Positions 39,201 through 52,158 of a stretch of 64,000 bases of DNA are shown piece after piece. The stretch is taken from positions 310,001 to 374,000 of the forward strand of contig NIVC01000677.1 of NCBI GenBank assembly GCA_002269645.1, read 5' to 3'. The stretch is from Macrostomum lignano (taxonomy: Eukaryota). Below the pieces are notes generated by a model. It searched no databases. It was not told the origin of the DNA and saw nothing but the letters and a program-made list of their open reading frames with translations. The translations under genes were made by a program, and so were the position numbers. Position 1 is the first letter of the stretch. Every line of letters starts with the position of its first letter.

Positions 39201-39676
39201 GGATCTGCCGCCACTCACAGACGGCCCAGGCCGCCGGCCGCCAGCTGCAGGAGGCGCAGCGCAGGCTGCTTGTCCTCGGCGACCTCCTCGCCAAGTCGGA
39301 GACCAGCCTGCGTCAGCGAGATGCCCAACTTGACGAGCTTCGATTTCTTCGCTTGCACGCCGAACGACTTGAAAAGCGTTCAATTACTATGGAAACGGAG
39401 CTAGATCAGCTTCATCAATTATTAGGCTCCAATCCTAGGTCACCGGACCCGCAGCCTCTTGTCGACGACAGTTTAACGCAGCAGGCAGCAATCGCGACCG
39501 CCGACGCTACGGAGGAGTTGGCTCAGCTGAGGCGGGAGAACGCCGAGCTGAAGCGGAGGCTGGCCCAGCGGGACCTTGACGCCGACTTGCTGGCGGTCAG
39601 TCGCATCGCCGGGCCGGCCGCCTCTGACTGCAGCTGCTGCCCCTTGGTGCGCATGACCAACTCGCTGACTGGCTAG
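33262..39676 (+). CDS. TSC1: Hamartin; 6 exons (33262..33367, 33456..33562, 34189..35097, 36070..36516, 37218..38003, 39221..39676), about 936 aa
   Basis: N-terminus LIALLHS...ALVDDY...DPLDK|DLSDRI..., LLGRLVQRQPLW, HATVYALFNRLYAIFPNYLL, HPLLVAGTKDAELQAQRW, LSPADLLD, and LMYERHRRELHAQRNRRLL followed by coiled coil. All joins are GT/AG and in phase. Confidence 0.9.
35310..35530. mobile_element. Possible MITE in TSC1 intron 3
   Basis: Inverted arms GTGGTTTCAGAGTCGT / ACGACTCTGAAACCAC plus flanking partial matches; no TSD identified. Confidence 0.35.
35630..36020. repeat. 31-bp minisatellite (TSC1 intron 3)
   Basis: CCCGCCTATAAATCAGGGAAATCCCAAATAT units. Confidence 0.93.
36615..37155. repeat. 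25-bp minisatellite (TSC1 intron 4)
   Basis: CACCCAGAGAATCTCACCCA[G/A]CCAG units. Confidence 0.95.
38035..39185. repeat. C-rich 22-bp minisatellite with derived variants (TSC1 intron 5)
   Basis: CCAACCCCGATTGCCCCCTTCA and CCAATCACCAACCCCAATTG variants; they explain the Pro-rich ORFs at 38081-39333. Confidence 0.92.
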
Positions 39677-41702
39677 CTCAGGATCACATGTGATTTGACA
39701 GAATCGCTCAGGATCACATGTGATTTGACAGAATCGCTCAGGATCACATGTGATTTGACAGAATCGCTCAGGATCACATGTGATTTGACAGAATCGCTCA
39801 GGATCACATGTGATTTGACAGAATCGCTCAGGATCACATGTAATTTGACAGAATCGCTCAGGATCACATGTGATTTGACAGAATCGCTCAGGATCACATG
39901 TGATTTGACAGAATCGCTCAGGATCACATGTGATTTGACAGAATCGCTCAGGATCACATGTGATTTGACAGAATCGCTCAGGATCACATGTGATTTGACA
40001 GAATCGCTCAGGATCACATGTGATTTGACAGAATCGCTCAGGATCACATGTGATTTGACAGAATCGCTCAGGATCACGTGTGATTTGACAGAATCGCTCA
40101 GGATCACATGTGATTTGACAGAATCGCTCAGGATCACATGTGATTTGACAGAATCGCTCAGGATCACATGTGATTTGACAGAATCGCTCAGGATCACATG
40201 TGATTTGACAGAATCGCTCAGGATCACATGTGATTTGACAGAATCGCTCAGGATCACATGTGATTTGACAGAATCGCTAAGGATCACATGTGATTTGACA
40301 TAATCGCTCAGGATCACATGTGATTTGACAGAATCGCTCAGGATCACGTGTGATTTGACAGAATCGCTCAGGATCACATGTGATTTGACAGAATCGCTCA
40401 GGATCACATGTGATTTGACAGAATCGCTCAGGATCACATGTGATTTGACAGAATCGCTCAGGATCACATGTAATTTGACAGAATCGCTCAGGATCACATG
40501 TGATTTGACAGAATCGCTCAGGATCACATGTGATTTGACAGAATCGCTCAGGATCACATGTGATTTGACAGAATCGCTCAGGATCACATGTGATTTGACA
40601 GAATCGCTCAGGATCACATGTGATTTGACAGAATCGCTCAGGATCACATGTGATTTGACAGAATCGCTCAGGATCACATGTGATTTGACAGAATCGCTGA
40701 GGTTCACATGTGATTTGACAGAATCGCTCAGGATCACATGTGATTTGACAGAATCGCTCAGGATCACATGTGATTTGACAGAATCGCTCAGGATCACATG
40801 TGATTTGACAGAATCGCTCAGGATCACATGTAATTTGACAGAATCGCTCAGGATCACATGTGATTTGACAGAATCGCTCAGGATCACATGTGATTTGACA
40901 GAATCGCTCAGGATCACATGTGATTTGACAGAATCGCTCAGGATCACATGTAATTTGACAGAATCGCTCAGGATCACATGTGATTTGACAGAATCGCTCA
41001 GGATCACATGTGATTTGACAGAATCGCTCAGGATCACGTGTAATTTGACAGAATCGCTCAGGATCACATGTGATTTGACAGAATCGCTCAGGATCACATG
41101 TGATTTGACAGAATCGCTCAGGATCACATGTAATTTGACAGAATCGCTCAGGATCACATGTGATTTGACAGAATCGCTCAGGATCACATGTGATTTGACA
41201 GAATCGCTCAGGATCACATGTGATTTGACAGAATCGCTCAGGATCACATGTAATTTGACAGAATCGCTCAGGATCACATGTGATTTGACAGAATCGCTCA
41301 GGATCACATGTGATTTGACAGAATCGCTCAGGATCACATGTGATTTGACAGAATCGCTCAGGATCACATGTGATTTGACAGAATCGCTCAGGATCACATG
41401 TAATTTGACAGAATCGCTCAGGATCACATGTGATTTGACAGAATCGCTCAGGATCACATGTGATTTGACAGAATCGCTCAGGATCACATGTAATTTGACA
41501 GAATCGCTCAGGATCACATGTGATTTGACAGAATCGCTCAGGATCACATGTGATTTGACAGAATCGCTCAGGATCACATGTGATTTGACAGAATCGCTCA
41601 GGATCACATGTGATTTGACAGAATCGCTCAGGATCACATGTGATTTGACAGAATCGCTCAGGTTCACATGTAATTTGACAGAATCGCTCAGGATCACGTG
41701 TG
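39677..41702. repeat. Highly homogeneous 30-bp satellite, about 67 copies, starting at the TSC1 stop codon
   Basis: CTCAGGATCACATGTGATTTGACAGAATCG units. Confidence 0.97.
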
Positions 41703-42620
41703 AGTCCTGTAATTTCCTTGCAAATAACCTGTGCCTTTTCTTATCCGGTTGTCTCTAATTGTCTTTCCAAACAGCTCCATACATCGTTTGAACTGGTCAT
41801 AAAATTCTTACTGACTACTCCCTCTTCTACTACTGTTAGTAGGTAGCTTCGATTTCTGTTAGTGCACAACACCTATGCTTAGCTTGAATTTGCATGAAGG
41901 CATAACGTGTGTGCTTTTCTAGACACGAAAATATCGTTGGTTATCAGCATCCTAAATAAGTAATTTCCCAGTCTGACTTATTATGCTATATTGATTTGCA
42001 TTGTAGTAACTTTCATTGTTACTAATACATTTATTTATTTATTATTATTGCCGTCTACATTCCTTACATCTGGTATTCTTAATATGTATGATTTATTCAT
42101 TCTTGAACAGATTGTAAATAAAAAATAATCTATGACTATTTTATTATATATGCCGCACTGTCATTCATTTAGATCCATTCTATTTTCTTGAAAGAAACTG
42201 TTTTTATTTTTTGTTATTTTTATCGGAATTTTCTACTTACAGTAGGACTATTTAGAAAATTAACATATAAAATTCTTCACTTGAAAGTCGGAGGCTGGAG
42301 CAAATCTAGTTAAAAACAAGGAAATAGTCTTTGTTTAGCATAGAACGATGGAAGCAGAGGTTAATATTAAAAAAATCAAAGCAAAACTTTGTATTCGTCT
42401 ATTGACGTTGACGAATATAATTGTAATACGGCAATTCGTGGACTTGCATGATCTTCAAATCACTCTAGAACCTGATTATGATTTACTACACACATTTTGT
42501 ACAGCTATTCATTCAGTTTTGGCTAAAATACAATTACAAGACAGCAAGATTCGTTCAAGTGGCTATGTGGGCTATGTTAAATCAGGTTTATTTATGTCGT
42601 TGAGCGTCTGATAGTACGAC

Positions 42621-42692
42621 GGCCAAGTGGTCTAGGGGTATGATTCTCGCTTCGGGTGCGAGAGGTCCCGGGTTCGAATCCCGGCTTGGCCC
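42621..42692 (+). tRNA. tRNA-Pro: tRNA-Pro (anticodon CGG)
   Basis: Acceptor stem GGCCAAG/CTTGGCC, anticodon arm CTCGC-TTCGGGT-GCGAG, T-loop GTTCGAAT, followed by a T6 Pol III terminator. Confidence 0.96.
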
Positions 42693-43770
42693 CATCTTTT
42701 TTCTGATCCTCAACTTTACTTACTTTGGAAACTCGCTGAGTACTTTTACCTATCTTAGGCCGTATAATATTTTACAACTCCTTAAGTTAGTTAATTTGCA
42801 ATGTCATTATTTATTTAATTTTTTTTCGAATCGTACAAAAAATTAATTTATTTAGCTAATCAACAAACTGGTTGCGTCTTTTTGAAAATAATAATGGTTT
42901 GCTTTCAATTACAGAAAATATTAAATTAGACTTTATAATCATATTGATTTAGTTATAAATTGTATCGAAACATCCCCGATATGTATCGAAAAATTCATTT
43001 TTGGGTTAATTAATTTCGAAATTACGACTTTTAATTGATTAAAATCCAAAACTCTATCCTGTTAATGGTCGTGATACTCAAACCATTCTAAAACCATATT
43101 TAAACATTACATACCATGTTTTAGGTTAGGCACTGACTTTATTTTAGAGTAATTTTAGGTTGAAGCGGAAATATTTTAAACTACTTACAGTAGTTGAACT
43201 ACTTCATCTGAAATTTTCAAAACTGCCATTGAATTACAGACATAAAATCATGGAAATCAAAAGTAAGGTAAATGCTACAAAAATCAATGTACAATTGATC
43301 GTAGCTAAATTAATAACTCAATTAATGTACACTTACCATTAAAGCAATGGAAGTGAAACGAGTGTGCATGCATTGTCCTGATCAAGCCCTATCAACGCGT
43401 ATAATGGTGGTAATTCAGCCACACTGGAAGCCACCCTTTTTTAATACACAAACAGTACTGTGTCGCTTATGCCCCCGTTGAGCCGCCACTGCCCCCTTAT
43501 ACACGTACGTATCACTTTGCTACGAGTACTATTTTTTCAAAAGTATCGATTTTTTACTTTACGTTTATTGCCTACTCGCGCGGGCAAGTGCAAGCATACT
43601 TTGCCCAGCCCAACCGCATGCCACACGGCAATTCACTCTGTTTTTCTAATTATTAAAAGTGTGTGCCATTTTCAAATGAAGAATAACACACACGCACACG
43701 CTTAAAAGCTTAAAGTTGTCGACTCCTACAAAGATAAAACTCCTTAAAGCTGTCAGACAAATGTTCGATA

Positions 43771-46700
43771 ATGCGACTTCCTCAGTACCACAATCAGCAA
43801 TTGTTGCAGCAACAACTGCAGCAGCAGCAACACCAACACAGTTGGCGCACCCGCCGATTAATGATCTGTCTAGGCGCCTGCATCCTGCTGCTGTCCTATC
43901 CTCACCTGGTCTACAGACTCAGTCTCACTCGCCTGTGCTCAGCCTCCTGCTTAGCCAGCCGCCTGTATGCCCAGTTCCAGCACCCCGGCCTGCAGCAACG
44001 GTTGGATTGTCGCCGACCAGCCGACTCGGACCGGCTGCTGGACGGTTTCGGCCTTCAGCCAGCTGACCTGCTGGATCTGACCAGGCCGGCCTACATCCGG
44101 CTGGCTGACCCCGGCATCAGGCCGGCCATTGACCTTGCTGGCGTTGCCTGTCTGCAGACCGAGGCCGCGCCAACAGAGAAAGACCGCGGCGGCCGGCCGG
44201 TGGCTCGGGACTCGTGCTTTAACATGTCCTACTCCTTGAAGGATAAGATGAAGGTCTGGGCAAATTTTTTAGGGCTTCTAAAAGATCGTCCTTAATTTCA
44301 TCGTTCATCATCAAGTCAATGAAGACCGGATAGAGTTTTTAGCAAACACTCAAATCCGTGCTGATATCCTTTGTTAGCCTCAGTCAGGTGCTTGAATCTT
44401 CATGCTGACATCCCAATTGTCAGCCTCAGTCAGATGCTTGAATCTTCATGCTGACATCCCAATTGTTAGCCTCAGTCAGATGCTTGAATCTTCATGCTGA
44501 CATCCCTTGTTAGCCTCAGTCAGATGCTTGAATCTTCATGCTGACATCCCAATTGTTAGCCTCAGTCAGATGCGCGACGCAGAGTTGGGCTGGGTGAGGA
44601 GGGATTGGGAAGAGCGGAGGGCGAAGATTGGATGGATTGAAGCTTCCGCCCGGTTTTGTTTGCTTTTTTCAAGCATTTTTTAATATCACAATGGTTGGCC
44701 AGGTGATAGACGCTGGTCGAAAGACACTGCTCACTGGGCACAGGGAGGCGAATTTTCAATGTTGCTGAGTATAAAGTAATACTCGCTAAATAGCTAATTA
44801 TTTCCCTCATAATCAAGGTGTACTCAGCGCTGCACCAGCTGGAGCGGAACTTCACCCGGCGCGGCCTGGAGATTTTCCTATCGGACGGCAGCCTGCTGGG
44901 CTCGCGCCGTCACTTCGGCATCATCCCGTGGGACGACGACATCGATTTTATGGTGCTGCGCGAGCAGAAGTTCGAACTGCGCCAGCTCCTTATTGAGCTG
45001 TCCCACGAGGATCAGTTCAGATTCGACGATGTTGAGAGCGTCACCGGGCATTGGCGGCTGAGTCTGCTGTGTGAGGTGTGCAGTATCATTGACCGTCCTG
45101 TTCTAGTATAGATAAGTAGCTAGTCCTGTTCTAGTATAGATCCGTAAGCTAGTCCTGTTCTAGTATAGATCAGTAGCTAGTTCTGTTCTAGTATAGATCC
45201 GTAAGCTAGTCCTGTTCTAGTATAGATCAGTAGCTAGTTCTGTTCTAGTATAGATCCGTAAGCTAGTCCTGTTCTAGTATAGATCAGTAGCTAGTTCTGT
45301 TCTAGTATAGATCCGTAAGCTAGTCCTGTTCTAGTATAGATCAGTAGCTAGTTCTGTTCTAGTATAGATCCGTAAGCTAGTCCTGTTCTAGTATAGATCA
45401 GTAGCTAGTTCTGTTCTAGTATAGATCCGTAAGCTAGTCCTGTTCTAGTATAGATCAGTAGCTAGTTCTGTTCTAGTATAGATCCGTAAGCTAGTCCTGT
45501 TCTAGTATAGATCAGTAGCTAGTCCTGTTCTAGTATGGACCAGTAGCTAGTCCTGTTCTAGTATGGACCAGTAGCTAGTCCTGTTATAGTATAGATCAGT
45601 AGCTAGTCCTGTTCTAGTATGGACCAGTCGCTAGTCCTGTTCTAGTATAGATCAGTAGCTAGTTCTGTTCTAGTATAGATCAGTAGCTAGTTCTGTTCTA
45701 GTATAGATCCGTAAGCTAGTCCTGTTCTAGTATAGATCAGTAGCTAGTTCTGTTCTAGTATAGATCCGTAAGCTAGTCCTGTTCTAGTATAGATCAGTAG
45801 CTAGTTCTGTTCTAGTATAGATCCGTAAGCTAGTCCTGTTCTAGTATAGATCAGTAGCTAGTCCTGTTCTAGTATGGACCAGTGGCTAGTCCTGTTCTAG
45901 TATGGACCAGTAGCTAGTCCTGTTATAGTATAGATCAGTAGCTAGTCCTGTTCTAGTATGGACCAGTAGCTAGTCCTGTTCTAGTATAGATCAGTAGCTA
46001 GTTCTGTTCTAGTATAGATCAGTAGCTAGTTCTGTTCTAGTATAGATCCGTAAGCTAGTCCTGTTCTAGTATAGATCAGTAGCTAGTTCTGTTCTAGTAT
46101 AGATCCGTAAGCTAGTCCTGTTCTAGTATAGATCAGTAGCTAGTTCTGTTCTAGTATAGATCAGTAGCTAGGCCTGTTCTAGTATGGACCAGTAGCTAGT
46201 TCTGTTCTAGTATAGATCCGTAAGCTAGTCCTGTTCTAGTATAGATCAGTAGCTAGTTCTGTTCTAGTATAGATCCGTAAGCTAGTCCTGTTCTAGTATA
46301 GATCAGTAGCTAGTTCTGTTCTAGTATAGATCCGTAAGCTAGTCCTGTTCTAGTATAGATCAGTAGCTAGTTCTGTTCTAGTATAGATCCGTAAGCTAGT
46401 CCTGTTCTAGTATAGATCAGTAGCTAGTTCTGTTCTAGTATAGATCAGTAGCTAGTTCTGTTCTAGTATAGATCCGTAAGCTAGTCCTGTTCTAGTATAG
46501 ATCAGTAGCTAGTTCTGTTCTAGTATAGATCCGTAAGCTAGTCCTGTTCTAGTATAGATCCGTAAGCTAGTCCTGTTCTAGTATAGATCAGTAGCTAGTT
46601 CTGTTCTAGTATAGATCCGTAAGCTAGTCCTGTTCTAGTATAGATCAGTAGCTAGTTCTGTTCTAGTATAGATCAGTAGCTAGTCCTGTTCTAGTATGGA

Positions 46701-47694
46701 CCAGTAGCTAGTCCTGTTCTAGTATGGATCAGTAGCTAGTCCTGTTATAGTATAGATCAGTAGCTAGTCCTGTTCTAGTATGGACCAGTAGCTAGTCCTG
46801 TTCTAGTATAGATCAGTAGCTAGTTCTGTTCTAGTATAGATCAGTAGCTAGTTCTGTTCTAGTATAGATCCGTAAGCTAGTCCTGTTCTAGTATAGATCA
46901 GTAGCTAGTTCTGTTCTAGTATAGATCCGTAAGCTAGTCCTGTTCTAGTATAGATCAGTAGCTAGTTCTGTTCTAGTATAGATCCGTAAGCTAGTCCTGT
47001 TCTAGTATAGATCAGTAGCTAGTTCTGTTCTAGTATAGATCAGTAGCTAGTCCTGTTCTAGTATGGACCAGTAGCTAGTCCTGTTCTAGTATAGATCAGT
47101 AGCTAGTCCTGTTCTAGTATGGACCAGTAGCTAGTCCTGTTCGAGACAAACTGAACAACAATTAAGAAGTCAGCCGCAATAAAAACATAGACTCGTACTG
47201 ATCTGCCTACTGACAGTAGAAATAGCAGTTCGATTCTGCAAACCGCAACCCAGGCGGACCGCAGCAAACCGGCGCAGCCTCGGTACGGCATGAGCCGTCG
47301 ATTCCCAGTCAAGTCGTGTAAAATCGCAGCCGACCTGTTCTTCGCCGAGATCTACGGCGACGAGGTGCTCAGAGTGGAGATGCCCTACCGCCTCAGCAAG
47401 CGGGATATTTATCCCATTCAAATGCTGCCGTTCGGTCCAGGCCTGATGCGGGCCCCGGCTAATCCGCAGGGATTACTGTAGGCCGAGTACGGCCGGGACT
47501 TCGAGTTCAGCTGCTTCTTTGAGCCGCACTCGGCTGATCTTCGGTGCAAGGAGAAATTTCTGCCCTGCGAAAAGCTTAGCAGGATTTATCCTTTTGTGCG
47601 GCACGTTGTGCTTCAGAAAAGTGGACGGAGCTTTTTTGCCGATGTTCTGGTGTGGCGGGGCAAAGCTGTGGCCATCTTCCTGCCGGCTCAGTGA
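43771..47694 (+). CDS. LicD/fukutin-family nucleotidyltransferase-fold type II membrane protein, paralogue A (exons 43771..44253, 44818..45075, 47254..47694) with an in-frame TAG at 47479-47481
   Basis: N-terminal TM segment, DGSLLGSRRHFGIIPWDDDIDF motif, and colinear alignment with paralogue B through the C-terminus on both sides of the TAG. May be a recent pseudogene. Confidence 0.78.
44380..44572. repeat. About 46-bp repeat, 4 copies
   Basis: GTTAGCCTCAGTCAGATGCTTGAATCTTCATGCTGACATCCCAATT units. Confidence 0.88.
45100..47142. repeat. 28/29-bp minisatellite with higher-order structure (intron 2 of LicD paralogue A)
   Basis: Alternating TAGTCCTGTTCTAGTATAGATCAGTAGC and TAGTTCTGTTCTAGTATAGATCCGTAAGC units with recurring variant blocks. 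Confidence 0.96.
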
Positions 47695-48092
47695 CTGCTG
47701 CACTGCCTGAGGGTCAGTCAGGATGGTGATGGCTCAGTGACTGCTGCACTGCCTGAGGGTCAGTCAGGATGGTGATGGCTCAGTGGCTGCTGCACTGCCT
47801 GAGGGTCAGTCAGGATGGTGATGGCTCAGTGACTGCTGCACTGCCTGAGGGTCAGTCAGGATGGTGATGGCTCAGTGACTGCTGCACTGCCTGAGGGTCA
47901 GTCAGGATGGTGATGGCTCAGTGACTGCTGCACTGCCTGAGGGTCAGTCAGGATGGTGATGGCTCAGTGACTGCTGCACTGCCTGAGGGTCAGTCAGGAT
48001 GGTGATGGCTCAGTGACTGCTGCACTGCCTGAGGGTCAGTCAGCATGGTGATGGCTCGGTGACTGCTGCACTGCCTGAGGGTCAGTCAGGAT
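47686..48092. repeat. 46-bp minisatellite, about 9 copies, whose unit includes the LicD-A stop codon
   Basis: GGCTCAGTGACTGCTGCACTGCCTGAGGGTCAGTCAGGATGGTGAT units. Confidence 0.95.
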
Positions 48093-48570
48093 TTCTGATG
48101 CGTTTTCGTTTTCAATATCTCGTAAAATTTCTGACTTCCTTGTTGTCTGCATTCAATGCTATTCAGTATTTTATCCAGTAGTTTATGCAGGTTTCTAAGA
48201 AAACCCTGTTTCTAAAATTTCAACCCAGTTTGCTAAATTCTGTACGCTAATTAAAAGTTTATGCTGATACAATTCAGTAATTTATACATCCAACACAAGT
48301 TAAATGTGCGAAAGCGATAAAATATTCTCAGTTTCACTTGAATCAAAGTATTTTTTAATTCTGCGTAGTTACGGACCGGCTAATTTGATTGATCAGCCGA
48401 ATATTGTTGATTTTGTACGGAGTTAGTATTCAAGAGTATTCAAGGAATATAGTGCATGTGCAATACAACATATTACTACTGTATGCTATGCAGGGCCTGC
48501 GCAGCATCTGGTAACATTGAATGGACTGCTAAAAACCATAGTTTAGATTATTACTTATTCCTATAGACTG

Positions 48571-49586
48571 CTGATGGCTTCAGGCTCTCACTGACTTACT
48601 GCTGATGGCTTCAGGCTCTCACTGACTTACTGCTGATGACTTCAGGCTCTCACTGACTCACTGCTGATGGCTTCAGGCTCTCACTGACTCACTGCTGATG
48701 GCTTCAGGCTCTCACTGACTCACTGCTGATGGCTTCAGGCTCTCACTGCCTCACTGCTGATGGCTTCAGGCTCTCACTGACTCACTGCTGATGGCTTCAG
48801 GCTCTCACTGACTTACTGCTGATGGCTTCAGGCTCTCACTGACTTACTGCTGATGACTTCAGGCTCTCACTGACTCACTGCTGATGGCTTCAGGCTCTCA
48901 CTGACTTACTGCTGATGACTTCAGGCTCTCACTGACTCACTGCTGATGGCTTCAGGCTCTCACTGCCTCACTGCTGATGGCTTCAGGCTCTCACTGCCTC
49001 ACTGCTGATGGCTTCAGGCTCTCACTGCCTCACTGCTGATGGCTTCAGGCTCTCACTGAGTCACTGCTGATGGCTTCAGGCTCTCACTGCCTCACTGCTG
49101 ATGGCTTCAGGCTCTCACTGCCTCACTGCTGATGGCTTCATGCTCTCGCTGCCTCACTGCTGATGGCTTCAGGCTCTCACTGCCTTACTGCTGATGACTT
49201 CAGGCTCTCACTGCCTTACTGCTGATGGCTTCATGCTCTCGCTGCCTCACTGCTGATGGCTTCAGGCTCTCACTGCCTTACTGCTGATGACTTCAGGCTC
49301 TCACTGCCTTACTGCTGATGGCTTCAGGCTCTCACTGCCTCACTGCTGATGGCTTCATGCTCTCGCTGCCTCACTGCTGATGGCTTCAGGCTCTCACTGC
49401 CTTACTGCTGATGACTTCAGGCTCTCACTGCCTTACTGCTGATGGCTTCATGCTCTCGCTGCCTCACTGCTGATGGCTTCAGGCTCTCACTGCCTTACTG
49501 CTGATGACTTCAGGCTCTCGCTGACTCACTGCTGATGGCTTCAGGCTCTCGCTGACTCACTGCTGATGGCTTCAGGCTCTCGCTGA
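48571..49586. repeat. 31-bp minisatellite, about 33 copies
   Basis: CTGCTGATGGCTTCAGGCTCTCACTGACTCA units. Confidence 0.95.
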
Positions 49587-50114
49587 AACGCTGCATTTGA
49601 TGCAAAAAACTAAGTCAGTCCCGAAGCTCCGCTTCCCCAATCCGCACAGTCTGCAAAGTGGAAAGAAAAGTCAGTGGGGGAACGAAGCATTCCTGGTCCA
49701 GGCGGCCGAATTCCCTTCCACTGCAAAGCGAAGGAAGAACCCCAGCCGAGGATGCTGGAAACTGGTCCCCCAACCTCCTCCTCCCAATCCCGTACTTGCA
49801 CACTAGCCTGTACAGCTTGCACAGTCTGCTGTACGCTTGGCACTCGAATCGCAAAACTGGAGGAGGGTGGCGATGCTTCCTGTGACTGCAACAGGCTGCA
49901 CGCAAACTGGCCCTGCTGAATGGCACAACTGACATGTTTAGGAATGTAGCCATCTGATCTGAAACCGTTTCGTATTTGTTGACGCGAGGGTTTAAGAGAG
50001 AGAGAGAGTGTGTGCGAACAGAAATGCCCGAGATTTGTGGCTCGACATTTTGAGCCTGCAAGCCACAGCCTTCCAGAGACTACAAGTGAGTCAGCAGTTT
50101 AAAATCTGTGAAAT

Positions 50115-51135
50115 CTATAGATTAGCAATCCATTCTATTCCTGTAAGCACAGGCTATAGATTAGCAATCCATTCTATTCCTGTAAGCACAGGCTATAGAT
50201 TAGTAATCCATTCTATTCCTGTAAGCACAGGCTATAGATTAGCAATCCATTCTATTCCTGTAAGCACAGGCTATAGATTAGCAATCCATTCTATTTCTGT
50301 AAGCACAGGCTATAGATTAGCAATCCATTCTATTCCTGTAAGCACAGGCTATAGATTAGCAATCCATTCTATTCCTGTAAGCACAGGCTATAGATTAGCA
50401 ATCCATTCTATTCCTGTAAGCACAGGCTATATATTAGCAATCCATTCTATTCCTGTAAGCACAGGCTATAGATTAGCAAGTCATTCTATTCCTGTAAGCA
50501 CAGGCTATAGATTAGCAATCCATTCTATTTCTGTAAGCACAGGCTATAGATTAGCAATCCATTCTATTTCTGTAAGCACAGGCTATAGATTAGCAATCTA
50601 TTCTATTTCTGTAAGCACAGGCTATAGATTAGTAATCCATTCTATTTCTGTAAGCACAGGCTATAGATTAGCAATCCATTCTATTCCTGTAAGCATGGGC
50701 TATGGATTAGCAATCCATTCTATTCCTGTAAGCATGGGCTATGGATTAGCAATCCATTCTATTCCTGTAAGCACAGGCTATAGATTAGCAATCCATTCTA
50801 TTCCTGTAAGCACAGGCTATAGATTAGCAATCCATTCTATTCCTGTAAGCACAGGCTATAGACTAGCAATCCATTCTATTTCTGTAAGCACAGGCTATAG
50901 ATTAGCAATCCATTCTATTCCTGTAAGCACAGGCTATGGATTAGCAATCCATTCTATTCCTGTAAGCACAGGCTATAGATTAGTAATCCATTCTATTCCT
51001 GTAAGCATGGGCTATGGATTAGTAATCCATTCTATTCCTGTAAGCACAGGCTATAGATTAGTAATCCATTCTATTCCTGTAAGCACAGGCTATAGATTAG
51101 TAATCCATTCTATTCCTGTAAGCACATGCTATAGG
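50115..51135. repeat. 39-bp minisatellite, about 26 copies
   Basis: CTATAGATTAGCAATCCATTCTATTCCTGTAAGCACAGG units; they explain ORF 50008-51138. Confidence 0.95.
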
Positions 51136-51644
51136 TAGCAACCCAATCTATGAAAAGCAAAGGCCTACCAAACAAAGTAAACTTCATTTCAGATAGTAAA
51201 TTTAGCAATGCGATACCTACTTGTTGTGTGTTTACGCAAATTTCTCTCCATTAATATTCAAGGGTTCAACTGTCCGCATGGCCTGGCACTGCTGAAGGCT
51301 GTTTCTGTAAACTCAGTGTAAGGTGAAACTGCCGCACTGTGTTAGTCGTAGTTGAATCACAACAAACTTTGGCACAATTTTGCGGCAACCAAAAGTCGTG
51401 GGGCAAACCACCACTTACTCGTGTGTTGTAACTCAGCGAGATTCAGTGCGGGCTGGATTGGCAGGCGGATAAGCGCGTGTTGGGGCTCGGGTACTGGACT
51501 GCACAGAGCTGGCTAAAGCGGGGGTGACGGCGGAGGAAGGAGGGCGGCGCCCTGGACGTGGGCACACAGTTTGAGGAGCTGGAGGGAAGGAATGGGTTAG
51601 GAGTGTACAGACACTCTTTGATGCCTAATGAGCAGAAAGACAAA

Positions 51645-51925
51645 GTAGATGGATTGATAGATAGATAGACAGAAGATAGATAGAAGATAGATAGACAGAA
51701 GATAGATAGACAGAAGATAGATAGACAGAAGATAGATAGACAGAAGATAGATAGACAGAAGATAGATAGACAGAAGATAGATAGACAGAAGATAGATAGA
51801 CAGAAGATAGATAGACAGAAGATAGATAGACAGAAGATAGATAGACAGAAGATAGATAGACAGATACACATATAGACAGATAGACAGATAGACAGATAGA
51901 CAGATAGACAGAAAGACAGACAGAT
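51645..51925. repeat. GATA/GACA-derived microsatellite (15-bp GACAGAAGATAGATA core)
   Basis: Direct inspection. Confidence 0.92.
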
Positions 51926-52158
51926 TATGAGTAGGACTACCAAGAGGGAGGGGGGAATCCCCCCCCCTGACAATTTTTTTCGCTGCGCCGGAACGGAGCA
52001 ACGCAGGCACACGAAATTTAAGAACACAGGCTAACTTTTTGTTGCACACCTTCTCAAACAAGAATCAAGTCGCCAGCCCTTCGGACCGTCGAGATATTCG
52101 ACGATTCTGCCAGAAGGTCGGATTTTTCCCATAAGTGCTAGTGTATTCAGTACATCCC

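Noticed and set aside
39673-41758. Long ORFs (674, 477 and 202 aa) in the satellite
   Set aside because: They result from a 30-bp unit with no stop in some frames; there is no non-repetitive coding context.
49597-50090. GC-richer patch with several 70-150 aa ORFs
   Set aside because: Might be an exon, but no motif or consistent splice model was found.
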